Of a stretch of DNA of 64,000 bases, positions 13,295 through 26,359 are shown in pieces; position 1 is the first letter of the stretch; each line of letters starts with the position of its first letter. The stretch is taken from assembly GCA_973895155.1 (NCBI GenBank), contig OZ316894.1, forward strand, positions 4,798,944 to 4,862,943, read 5' to 3'. Under the pieces are notes generated by a model. The model saw only the letters and a program-made list of their open reading frames with translations. It made no database searches and had not been told where the DNA came from. The stretch is from Marsupella aquatica. Its lineage: Eukaryota > Plantae > Marchantiophyta. Made by a program: the position numbers and the translations under genes.

Positions 13295-13858
13295 TTAGTA
13301 CTGGTTTGTCTCCCGATTGCCATGATTTAGAGAGGATTCCCTGAGAAAACAGGCATGGAACCTTTGAGTCCAATTTGCAACAACTTTGGAACACACACCA
13401 TATTTCATTCTCATTACTGAGTGTGGGATCAAAGCTAGCGAGACAAGTGGTAAGCATTGTATAACCAGTGCACCATGATTCTGAGGGCAAAAGGATCAAG
13501 TACAGCAACATTCTAAGAGAAGAGGAGGGGCCCAGGCTCAAAGGGGAGCCCTCACCCATTGATCTGAGGCCATCAACTTTAAGAAGAGACACTATCGCTC
13601 ATAGAGATGAAGTACAAACAATGACGCGGATGTTCAGTAGAGAGTAAAACAATTGATGTTGTTGAATGAATACATGAACAATGCAGTTCTAATAAACAAC
13701 CTTTGTAACATTGGTACATGTGAAGAATGCCAAGTTGCCAAAGCTACAAGCAATAAGCACATGATTAATCTGCTTGCCATCATTATCAACACTGCTTAAA
13801 TTCATTCCCCAAGTCACTACATTTGGCCAGTTCCCACAATACATGACAATCAAAGAAA

Positions 13859-14470
13859 TTAGGTCACAGTATCGATCTCTCTCGGCGACCAAACACTTTG
13901 GTTGCTTTTGGTTTTGAAAGTTTGCTTAGCCGCAGTGACATGGCTAGTACAATACCGCTTCTCTCCTGCAAAACAGCAATAACATTAACAACCTGGGCAA
14001 GTACTGCTTAAGTAGGCAGCCAAAACACAATTACTGCAATTTCAGAAGAGACTAGCTAGAAAGCGCACGTTCTTCTTCAGCTTGAACGAAACCTTCCAAA
14101 CCAATCCCCTCTGCCAAAGACTTAAATGACCGCAGAGCCTATGGAAGCCGGCATGAGAATTGGAGAAATGAGTCGAGCAGACCAGGTTTATACATCAGAG
14201 GCTGCTCAAGGTACCAACATCTGTAAGAGATGTCTTTCAGGAGGAAAGTGTCATCTATTAGTCTTCATTTCCAAACAATAAATGTAACACACAATCATTT
14301 ATCATTGTTGAGAGAGACACTTGGTCCATCTACTTCCAATTGAAGATCCAAAAACAGTGTAAGGGCATCCCGCGTCTCTGGGGCAAACACACACTCCACA
14401 AAGGGTGTAAGAAATTTGGCTGACTCCTTGTGCATAGTGATGCTCTCCATCAATTCTAGGAGCTTGACCT
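13859..14470 (-). pseudogene. Putative terminal exons of an unidentified spliced gene or pseudogene
   Basis: Exon 14138-14069 (TAG acceptor, GTGCGC donor), a 103-bp intron ending TTTTGCAG, and a last exon from 13965 to a stop at 13859 or 13864 depending on frame. An upstream open segment reads VKLLELMESITMHKESAKFLTPFVE. No homolog recognised. Confidence 0.35.
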
Positions 14471-14660
14471 CCATGACAAGAAACGGGAAAAATCATAACA
14501 AGTAAAATCAAGGAAGATAACATGAGTTTTAATTATTGCTCACAACCACAAAAAATGTTTCATTTTCAAGAGCCAAAAAACACATTTTCTATGATATCTA
14601 TAATCCATCGCTTTTGTCTTCAAAAAACCCTACTACTTGTCATAATGAGATAAGTTTACT

Positions 14661-14950
14661 AGCATCGTGGGCGCTAGCCAAAATACAATTATATGTCTTC
14701 ATATTAGTTGCAAGGATTTATAATTAGCCAATTACATCACATGTTAGGCAAACAAAATCTGGAAGACATGTAATTTGTATTTTTTCAGTGCATAGTTAGC
14801 ATTTTGGCAACGCATATCATTAATACCCCCTCCTGACGCTAGCCAAAATACCATCATAGTCTTTACATAGTGGCAAGATTTACAATTAGCATACAATAAA
14901 ATTCTATATTTGTTGAACGCTTACAAAAATGTAATATATGTACTTTTTCT
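14661..14950. repeat. Degenerate direct duplication (period about 175 bp)
   Basis: CGCTAGCCAAAATAC...GCAAG(G)ATTTA(T/C)AATTAGC at about 14672 and 14837, each followed by ATGTAAT..GTA.TTTTT. Confidence 0.7.
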
Positions 14951-15905
14951 ATAAACCAAGTCAGTGCGTATTTCTTGCATTTGGCCAAATCTGATCCTCT
15001 TTGAATTCTAAAGAGGATGCTTAAAGCGTACATCATCATTTAGATTATTAAAATAGTGTTTAAGTGAGGGGCATAATCTTGGCCAAAAATTTCCACATGT
15101 GGAATGATTTATTATATCTAATTCCTAATACAAACTTTCAATACAGAAAAATTTCATTGATTTTTTTGTAACTTCTTGAACATAAATATCAGTACATATA
15201 TATAATTTTACATGGGTAATAAGAATTTTTGAACCCATGTGAATAGACACACAAATGGGATGAAATAATAAAGCCAAGTCTAATTTTAATCTTATTTTGC
15301 AAAAGATTTTGGGACAATACAAATTTAACTGCTGTTAAAATTGTATTTTTTAAGCCACAAACATCATTATATTTTGCAAGTTGTTGATTCTATAAATGTG
15401 CGTTGTTGTTATTTTCACAAAATTTATTAGAATCATTTCTAAATTATTTACATAAAAGGATGAAGTGCTTAAGAAAATGAGAATAAATTTGGGCTACAAT
15501 AGGATTAATGTTTGATGCTCTCTTGTGACCCCAAAATATTTAACATAGAACACAAAAAATATGATAATAATGTCATGTTCTAACATACAAATTGGCCTAA
15601 TTTAATGTGGTTAAAGGTCGTGATGATTAAACTCTTGGATTAATATGGGAACAAATCTCATCATAGCTTCAGATGCAAAAGAAATTGGGATAAATTTAAC
15701 ATCTTAATATGATATAATCCCTAATTTAGTACCTAATTGCTATCTCAATAGTCCTAAAATCTTGTGTAGAATGCATAATAGCAATCATATTTATTTGATA
15801 TATTGATTGACAAAAGCAACTGGTGCTATTATCAAATGACACCTTCATGTGTAGAGACATTGATAGTTTCTTAAAGTAAAATTTGGCAAAAGAGTCAATT
15901 GCCCA

Positions 15906-15965
15906 AATTTTTTTTCATAAATACACTCAATATGATGTTATTGAGTGTATTTATGAGAAAAAATT
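15906..15965. repeat. Near-perfect inverted repeat (27-bp arms, 1 mismatch, 6-nt loop)
   Basis: AATTTTTTTTCATAAATACACTCAATA-tgatgt-TATTGAGTGTATTTATGAGAAAAAATT. Confidence 0.9.
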
Positions 15966-16674
15966 CCTGGAGTTCCTGTCCCATTCTCGGTCCCGGTATG
16001 CCCATATCTTGAACTTTATTAAACCTCAGTATGCTACTCAAATTGCATGAGTATAATTCAGGTACCCATGGTGCTTGCTCGGGTGCTTGAGGAAAAATTC
16101 TTAGGTGTTGGCACGATGGTAGAGGGAGGTTGCTCAGATAATCGAGCAGTGCCATGCTAGGGCAAGTAACGGTGGGGATGAGCAGGTTGGGAAGTGCCCA
16201 AAAGAATTACAGCCACATTCATCATAAATTTCACACTGATAACCAGACCAATATGTCTCCTTACACTTCCGACAGTTGCAGTCTCTACTCTGCAGCCTAG
16301 CATCACTAGTATGTCAGTTGCAACATTTGGAGGAATTCGTTTCACAAGCAAAGATTCATTCAAGATGTAAAAGCTAGCCCTACAAAATAGAGTTTCCCAA
16401 CATTGATGTGCTCACTGACCATGATTGTCCTCAACTCCCAAGATACTATTGTAAAGAAACTAAATTGATGACCGGTAGTGGAGGTTGTCTGAAAATAAAA
16501 TTGATAATAGGAAGTGGATGAGAAGACGAGTGAAATCCTCGTGAAGAGAAGCAGAGCGAACACCAGCCTGAATTTGCACGTCATAGAAGATGAATAAATA
16601 TTATACAACTATAAGCATGGCTCTGGCGTTTAAAGCGTCTCCCTTCCCAAAGCAAAACCTGGTGTATCCAGGTT

Positions 16675-16785
16675 ACTAAAATAAACCAAAAATGGGCTCA
16701 AAAAAATAATAACTAAAATAAACAAAAAATGGACTCAAAACAATAATAACTAAAATAAACAAAAAATGGGCTCAAAACAGTAAAA
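16675..16785. repeat. About 37-bp A-rich tandem repeat, 3 copies
   Basis: ACTAAAATAAAC(C/A)AAAAATGG(G/A)CTCAAAA(A/C)AATAATA repeated. Confidence 0.85.
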
Positions 16786-18429
16786 AAAAAACTCTATTTT
16801 GTCCTCCCTAAATGGTGGACAGTTGTGGTTTAAGGCGAGCAAGGGTGCAGAGGTCAAGTGGATGTTAGGGTCGTGTTTGTGCACTACGACCAGTGAGCCT
16901 TGGGTGATGCGTGATTTTGGGCTGCACTAGGGCATTTCAAGGATGACAAAAAGACCATAAAAATCTTAGGAACCACGTGCGATCCAAACTAGGGATTTTT
17001 GATAGAAATTAAATAAAAATTTAAAAAGCATAGGAGGCAAAAGAAGGTTTTATAAACTCATGATTATATAATATTCTCTAATATATAAATTTTATAAAAT
17101 AAAATAGGTTATTAATATTGAAAATAGAGAATATTTTTAAATATTTCATTTATAAAATAGATAAATTTATATTAGGCTATGATTGCACGTGGTATACCAA
17201 AATATACACTTAGTTAACCCCCAAGGGACATCCGGGACATCCACCACCTTCTCATCCTCGACGACCTGCTGGCCTGTGCGACAACTTCTTCTTGACGTAG
17301 TTTTCTAAGGACGTCTGGGACGTGACGTCCACCCAATCCAACCCTAGAGCCTCTAGTGAAACTCCTAAAGTTCCACTAGAGGCTCATATGATGTTTGCAC
17401 CACTGTTGTAGTTTTTTAGGTTTACCAACTGAGTTAAAGAGGAAGAGAGATTGTACTTTATCGGAGAGAATTTGACAGTCCGTTACTATAGAGGTATCTA
17501 AGATTGGAGGACTGGTTGGAGGATGGATTAATGGATAAACTAGGATGCTTATTACCAGTGGAGCTGAGCAATTGGAGGAGGGTACAATTTTCTAAAAAGT
17601 GCCAAACACAGTACAAGGGAGAAAAAGCAAAAGAGAATCAGAGACTACTTTTCCCCGTTGATGTGTTTCGTTCTTGCTTTTGACAGCCCCCCCGGATCTG
17701 TTGTGAGACAATTGTGCGAAGGTTGAAAGCGATTGCCCAGATAAGACTCCTAACCCAAGGCAGGACCAGACCGCAGGGAACTAAAGCATGGGGCCTATCC
17801 ATCATTTTGCAGCATGGCAAAACACATATTTTACAAGTGGGACAAGGGTGGCCTTTATGGGGGCAAGCCACTCCTAAGGCAACTATCCTTTGCCCCCCAA
17901 AACACTCTCACCCTGCCCCAGCCTCAAAATAAAAAGCCTAAAAGAAACACAAAGAAGAAAGAAACCCAGAAAAACAAAGAGTGATACCCTACATAAGACT
18001 TATTTCCTTCACACACATATACCCTCCACCCCCACTTGTGTTGACGGGGGATTGAAAAGGGGACCTTTCAGTCCTAGGCTAATCCCCTAGCCAACTGATC
18101 TAAGTCAGTTGGTTCTTGCGGGCAGTGGATGAGAATTATGATTATCTCCTCAAGTCCATGGTTGTCCACTTTGTGGCCCTCATATAATCTTCTCTCCCTC
18201 CTAGTACAGGTCCTTGTGGGATCAGTGGGGGCACACCCTAAAATGGGTATCCTACAATGAATGTTTGACACTATTGGGGTGGTGGGTAGACTACTAAGTA
18301 TTCTTCCTCATTTTAGTTCAAGACAAAAAAAGAATTCTTCCCTGGGAGGGTGGTAGTCCACACTAGTGGGGCCTCCATATGCACAACCACCTTGCCTTGG
18401 GCCAATCCTGCATACTCCACCTGGTGGCA

Positions 18430-18707
18430 GTGAGGAGGGAGCAGAACGAGCTTACATTAAAGAAAATGCCTTAGTGAGAGAGGGCAACAGACTTGGACAG
18501 GAACAAGTACCAGAAAGACAGAGAAGTCAACTACCCAGAAGAGAAGGGAAGTGAATTGGTGAGCGAGGGAGCAGAACGAGCTTACAACAAAGAAAATGCC
18601 TTAGTGAGAGAGGGCAACAGGATCAGGAGCACTACTGGACAACTTGGACAGGAGCAAGTACCAGAAAGACAGAGAAGACAACTACCCAGAAGAGAAGTGA
18701 ATTGGTG
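18430..18707. repeat. Purine-rich tandem duplication (two copies of about 130 and 150 bp)
   Basis: GAGGGAGCAGAACGAGCTTACA..AAAGAAAATGCCTTAGTGAGAGAGGGCAACAG...CAACTACCCAGAAGAGAAG..GTGAATTGGTG occurs twice; the second copy has an insertion of about 20 bp. Confidence 0.9.
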
Positions 18708-19594
18708 TGAACAAGCTGTTTGGGCTGTGGGGAATATTCGAAGAACTGAATGCCCACCACGCTAATTTGTTGTGGGTTTGGTTGGAACGAAGCGCCGGAA
18801 GAGGGGAGAAAGAGCGAGCATGGATGGCTCTCCCTCAGCTTCTTCATTCGAACTATTTCCGCGCAACACAGCTCTGTCGCGCAAGGCAGAGGATAACAAG
18901 GCAAGGCAAGAAATGGGCGAACAAACAAGCTTAGAAGAGAGGAGAGAGGAGAGAGGAGGAATTTCGGGTGAGGGCACCGCCAAAGTGGTTGCTCCTCTCA
19001 CTTTTCTAATAAGAGGGGAACGGTATAGCTTCGGTCCCGGCATCGGGGAAGATATTCCCTAGGGATGCCCCGGACCAAGCATGTCACAAATAAAGTGCAG
19101 ATTCTTGGCCTACCTTGGCTAGGGGAGGGGACGGAAGGCGAGGAGGGAGTGTGTGTGTGGATTGCAAGGAAGCCTGGCAAGGTCTGCCCAGATGGGTCTG
19201 TTCAACACCCCTCCCTCCCTCGTTTTAATCTCTCCTTTTGAGGTGCTCCATTGCGCGGGGGTATTTTCCCCTCGCTGCATGGCCTAGGAACGGAGTGGTT
19301 AAGCGATTGCTGATTCGGAATGGAGAGAGAATGTGATCGTTCGGAGTTCAATTTCAATCAGATGAAGAAAGACACAGAATCCGGCGCATTCATCAGGATA
19401 TCAACGTACCCACCATTTTTTGGGTGATTTTACAATATTTCGGAGGAAGAAAGGGAAAATTGACATGTCTGCCATTTTCTGAATCTGCCCACCGTTTGTG
19501 GTGATGTGGTAGCGAACTGTCTCATGTTCACGGTGAAATATAGACATTCATTCATACTTATGAATAGGTAGGCAGGCAGGCAGAAGTGAGCACC

Positions 19595-22500
19595 ATGGGG
19601 TTTCTTGAAACCTTTGTGATTTGGTTGGCTGCTATCAGCTTCATATCGCTTTCTGCGCTGCCAGTGGAAGCAAATTTGGGGGAAGAAGTGTCTAGAGCAG
19701 TGCATATATTGAAAACGAATGATGGGAGGCCATCTGGAGTGACGTGGGTGGTGCAGTTGTCGGATTTGCACCTCAGCTTGTACTATCCTGAGCGTGCACA
19801 GGCTTTTGAAAAAGTGATGCCGTCAATTATTGCCATTATCCAGCCATCGCTCGTGCTTCTCACCGGGGATTTGACTGGTTAGTTTCATCTCCTCACTCTC
19901 CCGCACTCTGTCTTTGTCCCGGGTGACTCCATTTGGACTTCAAGTTATCATTTACTCTCTCACACTTTTCCATAGTCTTCTCTTGCCAAGCTGTATTTTA
20001 CACTGTCTTATTTCTGTTGGCTTGCCCATTCGCTACAATTCTACCAGTTCCTTTAAAGCTGCAGAAAAATCTGTCTCGAGAATCATGGTCTTGACCCACT
20101 CAGGCTTGACCTGACAAACTGTTTAGGCGACCGTGAGTGTCTGAAGTCTCGTCAGTTGCCGTTCGCTCTATTGCAAGAAGGCTCAAACTGGCCTCAAACA
20201 ATGCCTCAGCTTCAAGTTCATATTTCTTTTGTAGGAGAGTTGGATACTTGCGTCTGCACCAACTTTAGACTGTGACTTGTGCTCGAATTCGAGGGCCTGG
20301 ACTTCCAGATGACGTTAATGAGTGTTCTTCCATCTTCATCTCTTTCGATAAATCGTTCTGAAATGCGGTGTGGGATGATGCAGATGCTAAATCTAAGGAT
20401 GGATCAACAACTCAGCAGTCCGAAGAGGATTGGATAACGTATGAGCGAGCAATAAATGCTATCCGTAAAGAGAGTGGAATCGAGCTGACTCGGTTCTATG
20501 ATCTTAGGGGCAACCATGACAAGTATGGCGTGCCTTACGCTAATAGCTCTCTGGATTACTACTCCCGATACAGTTGCAACGCTCGTCAGGAACGCACTGG
20601 TCTTGTTCAGAGCATCACACTTTTGGTATGAGATCCACATCTAATGGGCAGATTAGGTGTTTCTTCCAGTTTCCATCTGTCCTTTTGTTCCCGTGACCAT
20701 TGTAGACCAAATGGAATTTCACGATATTACGGCTTTCTGGTGTACGCTTCGAGATTTTGTTACAACTGAAGAGATCTCGATTGCTGACCACTTAAAACGA
20801 TAAAAAAACTCGTTACCTTGCATCTGATGACAAAAGCGTAGCTGACGAGCAACCGAGGAAACAGACCTTCATAGAAATGTTAAGTCCTTTCGTCTTCAAG
20901 TCCTAAGTTTCAGTACAGATTTTGTGCTTATCTCATGTGTAGTAGAAAGAAATGGCCATTACGTCCGAATCAGCTGAAAGTGTTTAGAAGGCACAAATTA
21001 ATGTTCAATATGCAGCTCCACGAGTCAATTGTTTTGGTCAGTTATCACTCACAGAAGCCGGGCACTTATATCTAAACTTGGTTGATAGAGATCATTCGTT
21101 TGTTCTTCAGGATGGGTGTCGAGCCCTAGCTTGAAGTTGTTACGGTTCTCTGTGTTTTAAGACCTCTTGGATTGATGTCACAACTTTTTCATTTTCTTCA
21201 CAAGAAATTGAGAGCAGCGAAGTTATTCTGTTCGATGTCACGAGAGATTTTGCCTGTTCACCTTTTTTACGGTCCCGTGGTTAGCTTGTGTAGTCTGCAT
21301 ACTATGCAACTTTTTTCTAAGCAGTGCAGCTATGTTGGCATGCAGGATCAAGGCTGGACGAACCTTTTTGTTGGTGTGGATGACTCTATGAGCGTCGGCC
21401 TGCGGGGACCATCGAATGTTTTTGGTCACCCCAGTGACCAAACTATAGACGAGCTTGATAGGGAGCTCAGCCAATGGGACAACGATATCGACACTACAGC
21501 ACCCATTACAAAGATTGTTTTCGGACATTTCCCCATGTCCTTCACAACGTCTTCAGAATCTGGACGTCGGTCAGAGGACATCATGACCAAACATAATATA
21601 TCCGGTTATCTCTGTGGGCACCTGCACTGCAAGTTTGGGCGACAACTTTATAAGCACCACCTTACAAAGGGGGTGGGAGAGTTTTGGGAGTGGGAAATGG
21701 GAGACTGGCGAGTTAACCGTATGATGCGTATTCTTGCCATAGATCAAGGTCGGGTGTCTTTCGTTGATGTTGACCTACATCAGATAAGCAAAGATGTTCT
21801 CAGTGGGAAGCAACTTGTGATGCCCACCATCATTCTCCCAACAAGTCCCCTTGACTCTCGTATCATGTTGCGCTCTTCATCGGCTCCAGGTCAGGCCAAC
21901 GTGGAAGCCATCCGAGCTTTGGTTTTCTCAAAGTCGCGCCCAACCTCAGTTACTGCCAGTGTGTTTGACTCTGTAGCTCACTCATTTGTGGACTATATTT
22001 TGCTGGAAAATCTAAGGATGGGTCTTGTCTCTGGACCTTCAAGTAAAGAGCAAGGAGGAGCATTCTTCTATGAAGCACTGTGGGACAGCCGAAATTATAC
22101 AGACGCCTCTGCTACTCGTTATTGGTTGCAAATACAAGTCGTCGAAAGTGGGGAAAGAACCACTAGCAACATGTGGCCTTTTTCGGTAGAGGGGAAGAGG
22201 GGCTCCTTTTCCCTCACGTTCTTGGGATACGTTGCAATTGGAGTTAAGTGGGAGGCCGCCTACCCGGTCATTCTGTCGACAATGATCTGTGTCATCTTTG
22301 GAGGATTTTTAATTCTTCCAAGACTTGTCTTTCTGTACCTTGACCGGAAAGGTGTCTATGACAGTTGGGCATACTCGCTCTTTCACCCCAGCTCAGGCAG
22401 CAAATTTCCTTATTTTAAGTTACCGCTTTGGGCACTGTTAGAAGGTGCACGACATACTTATCTATGGTGGGCTCAGATGCTCTACATTGCTTTCTTGCTT

Positions 22501-23547
22501 ATGTTTCCCTGGTTCTGGGGACGGGTTCTTGCTGATGATTATCCAGTCGGTTACATGAGCCTCTGGGGTTGGACCGTTTGGCCTTCCAAGGGCACTGTTG
22601 CCCAACAGTCTGGCCAAGGGTGGCCTGATATTATGGGGATTGTCCTTCCATACATGGGTGCCGTTGTTCTACCTATGACATTGATGGTTTCTGCACTTTG
22701 TGCTGAGAAAGCTGCATGCGAGCTTTTTGAAGGAGCAACCCGCAAGCCTGAGAATTTGCTGGCAAATGGAGCCAATGCCAAGAAAACAAATAGTGGTAGC
22801 AGAGTGAACTCCAGTATTGGCTTAGGAAGGCTTTTGAATGAGGATACCGGAGGTGAAGAAGGAAGGCCTCTCTTGGAAACTGTGGAGGGTACAAGTCTGT
22901 CAGCAGAAGAAGAGCTAGAAGCTGCTTCAGAGGACGAAGATGTGGCGGAGGCGAGGCAGGAGAGAGCGGAGAGACCAATTTGGTATTTTATGCATCGAAA
23001 AGTTCGGAAAGTGTATTTTGTTGCGTGCCTTATTATTGCAGCTTTACATTTGCGGGTAAGACGATCTTCTGCCTCTACCACAATTTATTTACTTATGATT
23101 GCGCTTAGGCTTGACGACAGCTATAAACTCTTCTGAAACAAATCTGAGTCATCATCTGGACCTCATTTTGGGGACTTAGTTCTTTCATCATGCCTAATAT
23201 TATTTACTACAAGTATAGCAGTAGTGTGTTGGGATCATGATCAGTCATGTTCATTTACAAAAATAAAAAATCTAAGCCACTTCGAACGATTTTAATAACG
23301 TTTGCCGATCAGGTAGATTTTGTTTTAGTTAATAACTCAGAAGGCAAGTCTATGCGCGTGAGGGTTCTTGCCCTGTAGCTAATATATATATATATATATT
23401 GTGGAACTTGTGCAGCTGTGTTTGTTTCTTGCTTCAGCGTATGGAGCACAATCAGTATTTTTGTCTCCGATTTATGTGTGGACAGTGCCCACTTTAATTG
23501 TGGTCTCAATCTTAATGACATCCCAAATCAAGCCCAGGAACCTGTAA
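19595..23547 (+). CDS. Calcineurin-like metallophosphoesterase with C-terminal transmembrane domain (TMEM62 / At3g03305-like), 4 exons, about 788 aa
   Basis: Exons 19595-19877, 20384-20625, 21346-23055, 23416-23547 (GT-AG, 2367 nt, in frame). Signal peptide MGFLETFVIWLAAISFISLSALPVEA. Metallophosphoesterase motifs VQLSDLH, LTGDLTD, RGNHD, FGHFP, LCGHLH, then WEWEMGDWR. Several hydrophobic helices; the last exon LCLFLASAYGAQSVFLSPIYVW is typical of the TMEM62 C-terminus. Confidence 0.92.
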
Positions 23548-25056
23548 CCAGAAGATTGGGTTGGAATTTTTTTACCTTTTGTACAGTTGCCCCATGTCTA
23601 CTAAATATTATAGAACTTGGTTGTCAGCTTCCCACAGTTTCCCCAGCAGACAAAGCGCGAAAAGACCTTGATCGTCCCCTTCATAATCTGGACCGTCATA
23701 CCTTGACATATGGAGTTGCGAGGTTGCATTGTATCAGTCGTCTAATTGATAACTATTTTTGCACTACAGTACTAATTTTTCCGCCATCAAGCAGCAGGCC
23801 AGGACCTGTTCCTTCGAACTGTAGCTGATTTGTCAATATCTGGGTTTTGAGCAAGTAAGCTGTACAAGATTGGAAAGCCCAAGGGATGTCAATTCAAAAT
23901 CTCTCCCTGCTAGGCGGGGCCATACATGTCGTGTCTATTTCATTGACTTTTGGTGTGGCCGTCGAAGATTGCTTTCTTTACGAAGTGGACCACGATAAAG
24001 CGTCTTTGGTGTCTACTGGTGTTCGTGTCGAAACAAACAAATTTCTTGCAGATGTATGCATTATCAAGTCCATCGAGGTGGATATGGATCGTGTAGACCC
24101 TCCAACCCAATCTTCGCTTGCTGGTAAGTCTTAAAACTTTCATGGCAGATATATTCTGTGATGATTCATATTTGAATTATTACAACATGGGTTCAATCGA
24201 AATAATCACTGAGAGTCGTCCTAGGTAGACACTCAGAAAGTAATTCCTTAGGAGAGTATGGAAAGGGGCAATATCTACTGGAGTGGCTGTCGATTAGATT
24301 GGACTGACTGTAGCGTGTTTTTCAAACTGGTGGAAGGAATCTGGACAAAAGCTTGACCAAATGGACCACAGTTGTCGTTCGACTGCTCTCTGTGTCGGTT
24401 GTGCATTGTCTTGAATTCTAAGATATATTTGCCATCTCGTCAATGTTGGAAATTCCAAGTGTATCAATCTTCTCCCTCTCTTCTCAACTTGGACTCCGAT
24501 ATGTTTTACTGCTTGACGAACAATCATACGTTACCGCGCACTCTCTCCTTGCTAATGCACTTCTAGCACACTACAAACAAAGTTTGTCAATTCTGTCCTA
24601 GACCCGAGTACTGGGTTTATAGTCCCCTCGTTGACAAACGTACATGTTGGGACATTCCAAGAGAGTGTAGTCAAGTTCATTTGCAAAATGCTCACTCAAC
24701 TAATGGGGAGCTTCTAGGCTTGTGTTCTGTGCACTTTATCCTTCTGTAGAACAAAAATTTCCTTAGAAAAACAAAATGACAGTTGTTCAAGGCAAGCAAA
24801 TAGTCAGAGGAAAAATTAAAACAGGGCCGGCTATTTAAACTGAATGTGTCACCTATTGAGTATTTAGATCTTATATAAAGATGAGACTGGTCCGATTAAC
24901 TTCTACAGTAGTGTTTTTAACTGGTCCTTTCTACCTTTGAAAGAGGGCCTGGAAAAGGCAGGTAGTGTTCCCTTTTGTAGATCCTTTGGTCTATCCCCTA
25001 AAATTAAAACACATTTATGCACTCTACCTTCTTGAAACGGAACTCGCCCCTCCAAC

Positions 25057-25301
25057 TACCTGAGTGGAGCAATGGTCAGCTCAGGTCGCCAGGGGTGACT
25101 TGTGACCAGCATGTCTCAAGTTCAATCCCTGCCCAGACAGTTCTACTCCTACGTGTAATCCGGCTTTGGTTCTAAAATGTGTCAGGCAGGTCTATGTGTG
25201 ACCACTTGGGGTGGGTCAAACGTGTCAGTTATAGGAATTATATAAAAAAAAGTCAAAAGGGAGAAAAGGCAGTTTCCCCTTTAAACAAATTTATAAAAAA
25301 A
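25057..25301 (+). mobile_element. tRNA-derived SINE
   Basis: Pol III A box TGGAGCAATGG (25065-25075), B box GTTCAATCCC (25120-25129), A-rich tail, degenerate TSD AACTCGCCCCTCCAAC / AACTCTCCTTCAAC; a related copy lies at about 49785-50030. Confidence 0.7.
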
Positions 25302-25397
25302 AACTCTCCTTCAACAAAACTAAACAAGGCATCTTTTATCTTCAAGTATCGAAAATGAAGAATGCACTCCCAAACACCTGAATTATGTAAACAGTAC

Positions 25398-25717
25398 TGT
25401 TATGGTTAACTCTTAAGTTTGGTTAACCTCTCTTAGGTTAACCAACACTAGGGTGTTAATGGTGAGTAGCCAAGACTCTAGTTTCTATTGATAATCTTGG
25501 AGACTAATGCTCATTGTTGAGGGAGCAAGCTAGGTTTAGGTGGACCATTCTTGGAGAGCTTGTACTTGGAGACTTGGTGTGGCTATGGTGGCCAAAGCTT
25601 AGTAAAGCTTGAGCATTCTATGGACGTAGATTTGACTAAGTGAACCACATATCTCCTGTGTCGGTGTAATTGCTTGTTGCTTGTCTCTTGTGTATCGTGT
25701 TGCCAGTTTTCCCAACA
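25398..25717 (+). mobile_element. Solo LTR (Copia-like), 320 bp
   Basis: TGTT...AACA ends; flanks AGTAC / ACTAC (4 of 5 match); the U5-like TGGACGTAG...GAACCACATATCTCCTGTGTC is typical of plant Copia LTRs; homologous copy at 41518-41869. Confidence 0.75.
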
Positions 25718-26359
25718 ACTACATGGGTTACAACAACCACCTAAATCCAAGAGCAAACAGCAAAGATTCCATCAAGGGGGAGAAGCCAAAAATTCTAGCC
25801 CAACTAAACCATGGAGTGAACCTAAATAGAGCAAGTGACATGCATTGTTTGCATTCATTTGCATGTCAGTTTGCAAACTAAGGTAATTACCCTACCTTAG
25901 TAATGGGAGTTCCTTACCTTAGTTCCTACTCCCACCAACCTATGCCATACTGTAATAGCAATGAAACATAGTTTGGCTACTTCCTACCTGCAGAACTGAG
26001 GGAGCAAAACACAATGCTAAAATTCCCTAATCATGCAAATAAAGATTATTGAGGGGGCACAACCCAGCCGTGTGGAGTGTAGTTGTAGATCAGAAGGTTA
26101 TGTGTACAAACCTGGTATCTTGATCCTTTTTGATGAGGAAAATGCATGCTGTCTTCTTGTGCCCCTGTCAAACCATGGAAAGAAAAACCTTCAAAATCAA
26201 ATTTGGGAAAACAAACAAAATTAAATGTTGTATAATGGGGTCAAATTCAATTTCACATGGATAGAAAAACAAAGAGAAAATTTAATAGGATAAAATAGAA
26301 ATTTAATAATGACAACAGAAAAATAGCCTCCTGAGCTGGTCACGTGAATTTCTCCATAT

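Noticed and set aside
22551-23081. Antisense ORFs over real exons (also 6132-6510, 7337-7804, 31931-32299, 33049-33420)
   Set aside because: They are shadow frames of the genuine coding exons.
24569-24913. CACTA element between CACTAC and GTAGTG
   Set aside because: The inverted match is weak beyond 6 bp and the 3-bp flanks (GCA versus TTT) do not form a TSD.
25057-25140. tRNA gene
   Set aside because: A and B boxes are present, but I could not fold a convincing cloverleaf, and it continues into a shared body and A-rich tail, which fits a SINE.
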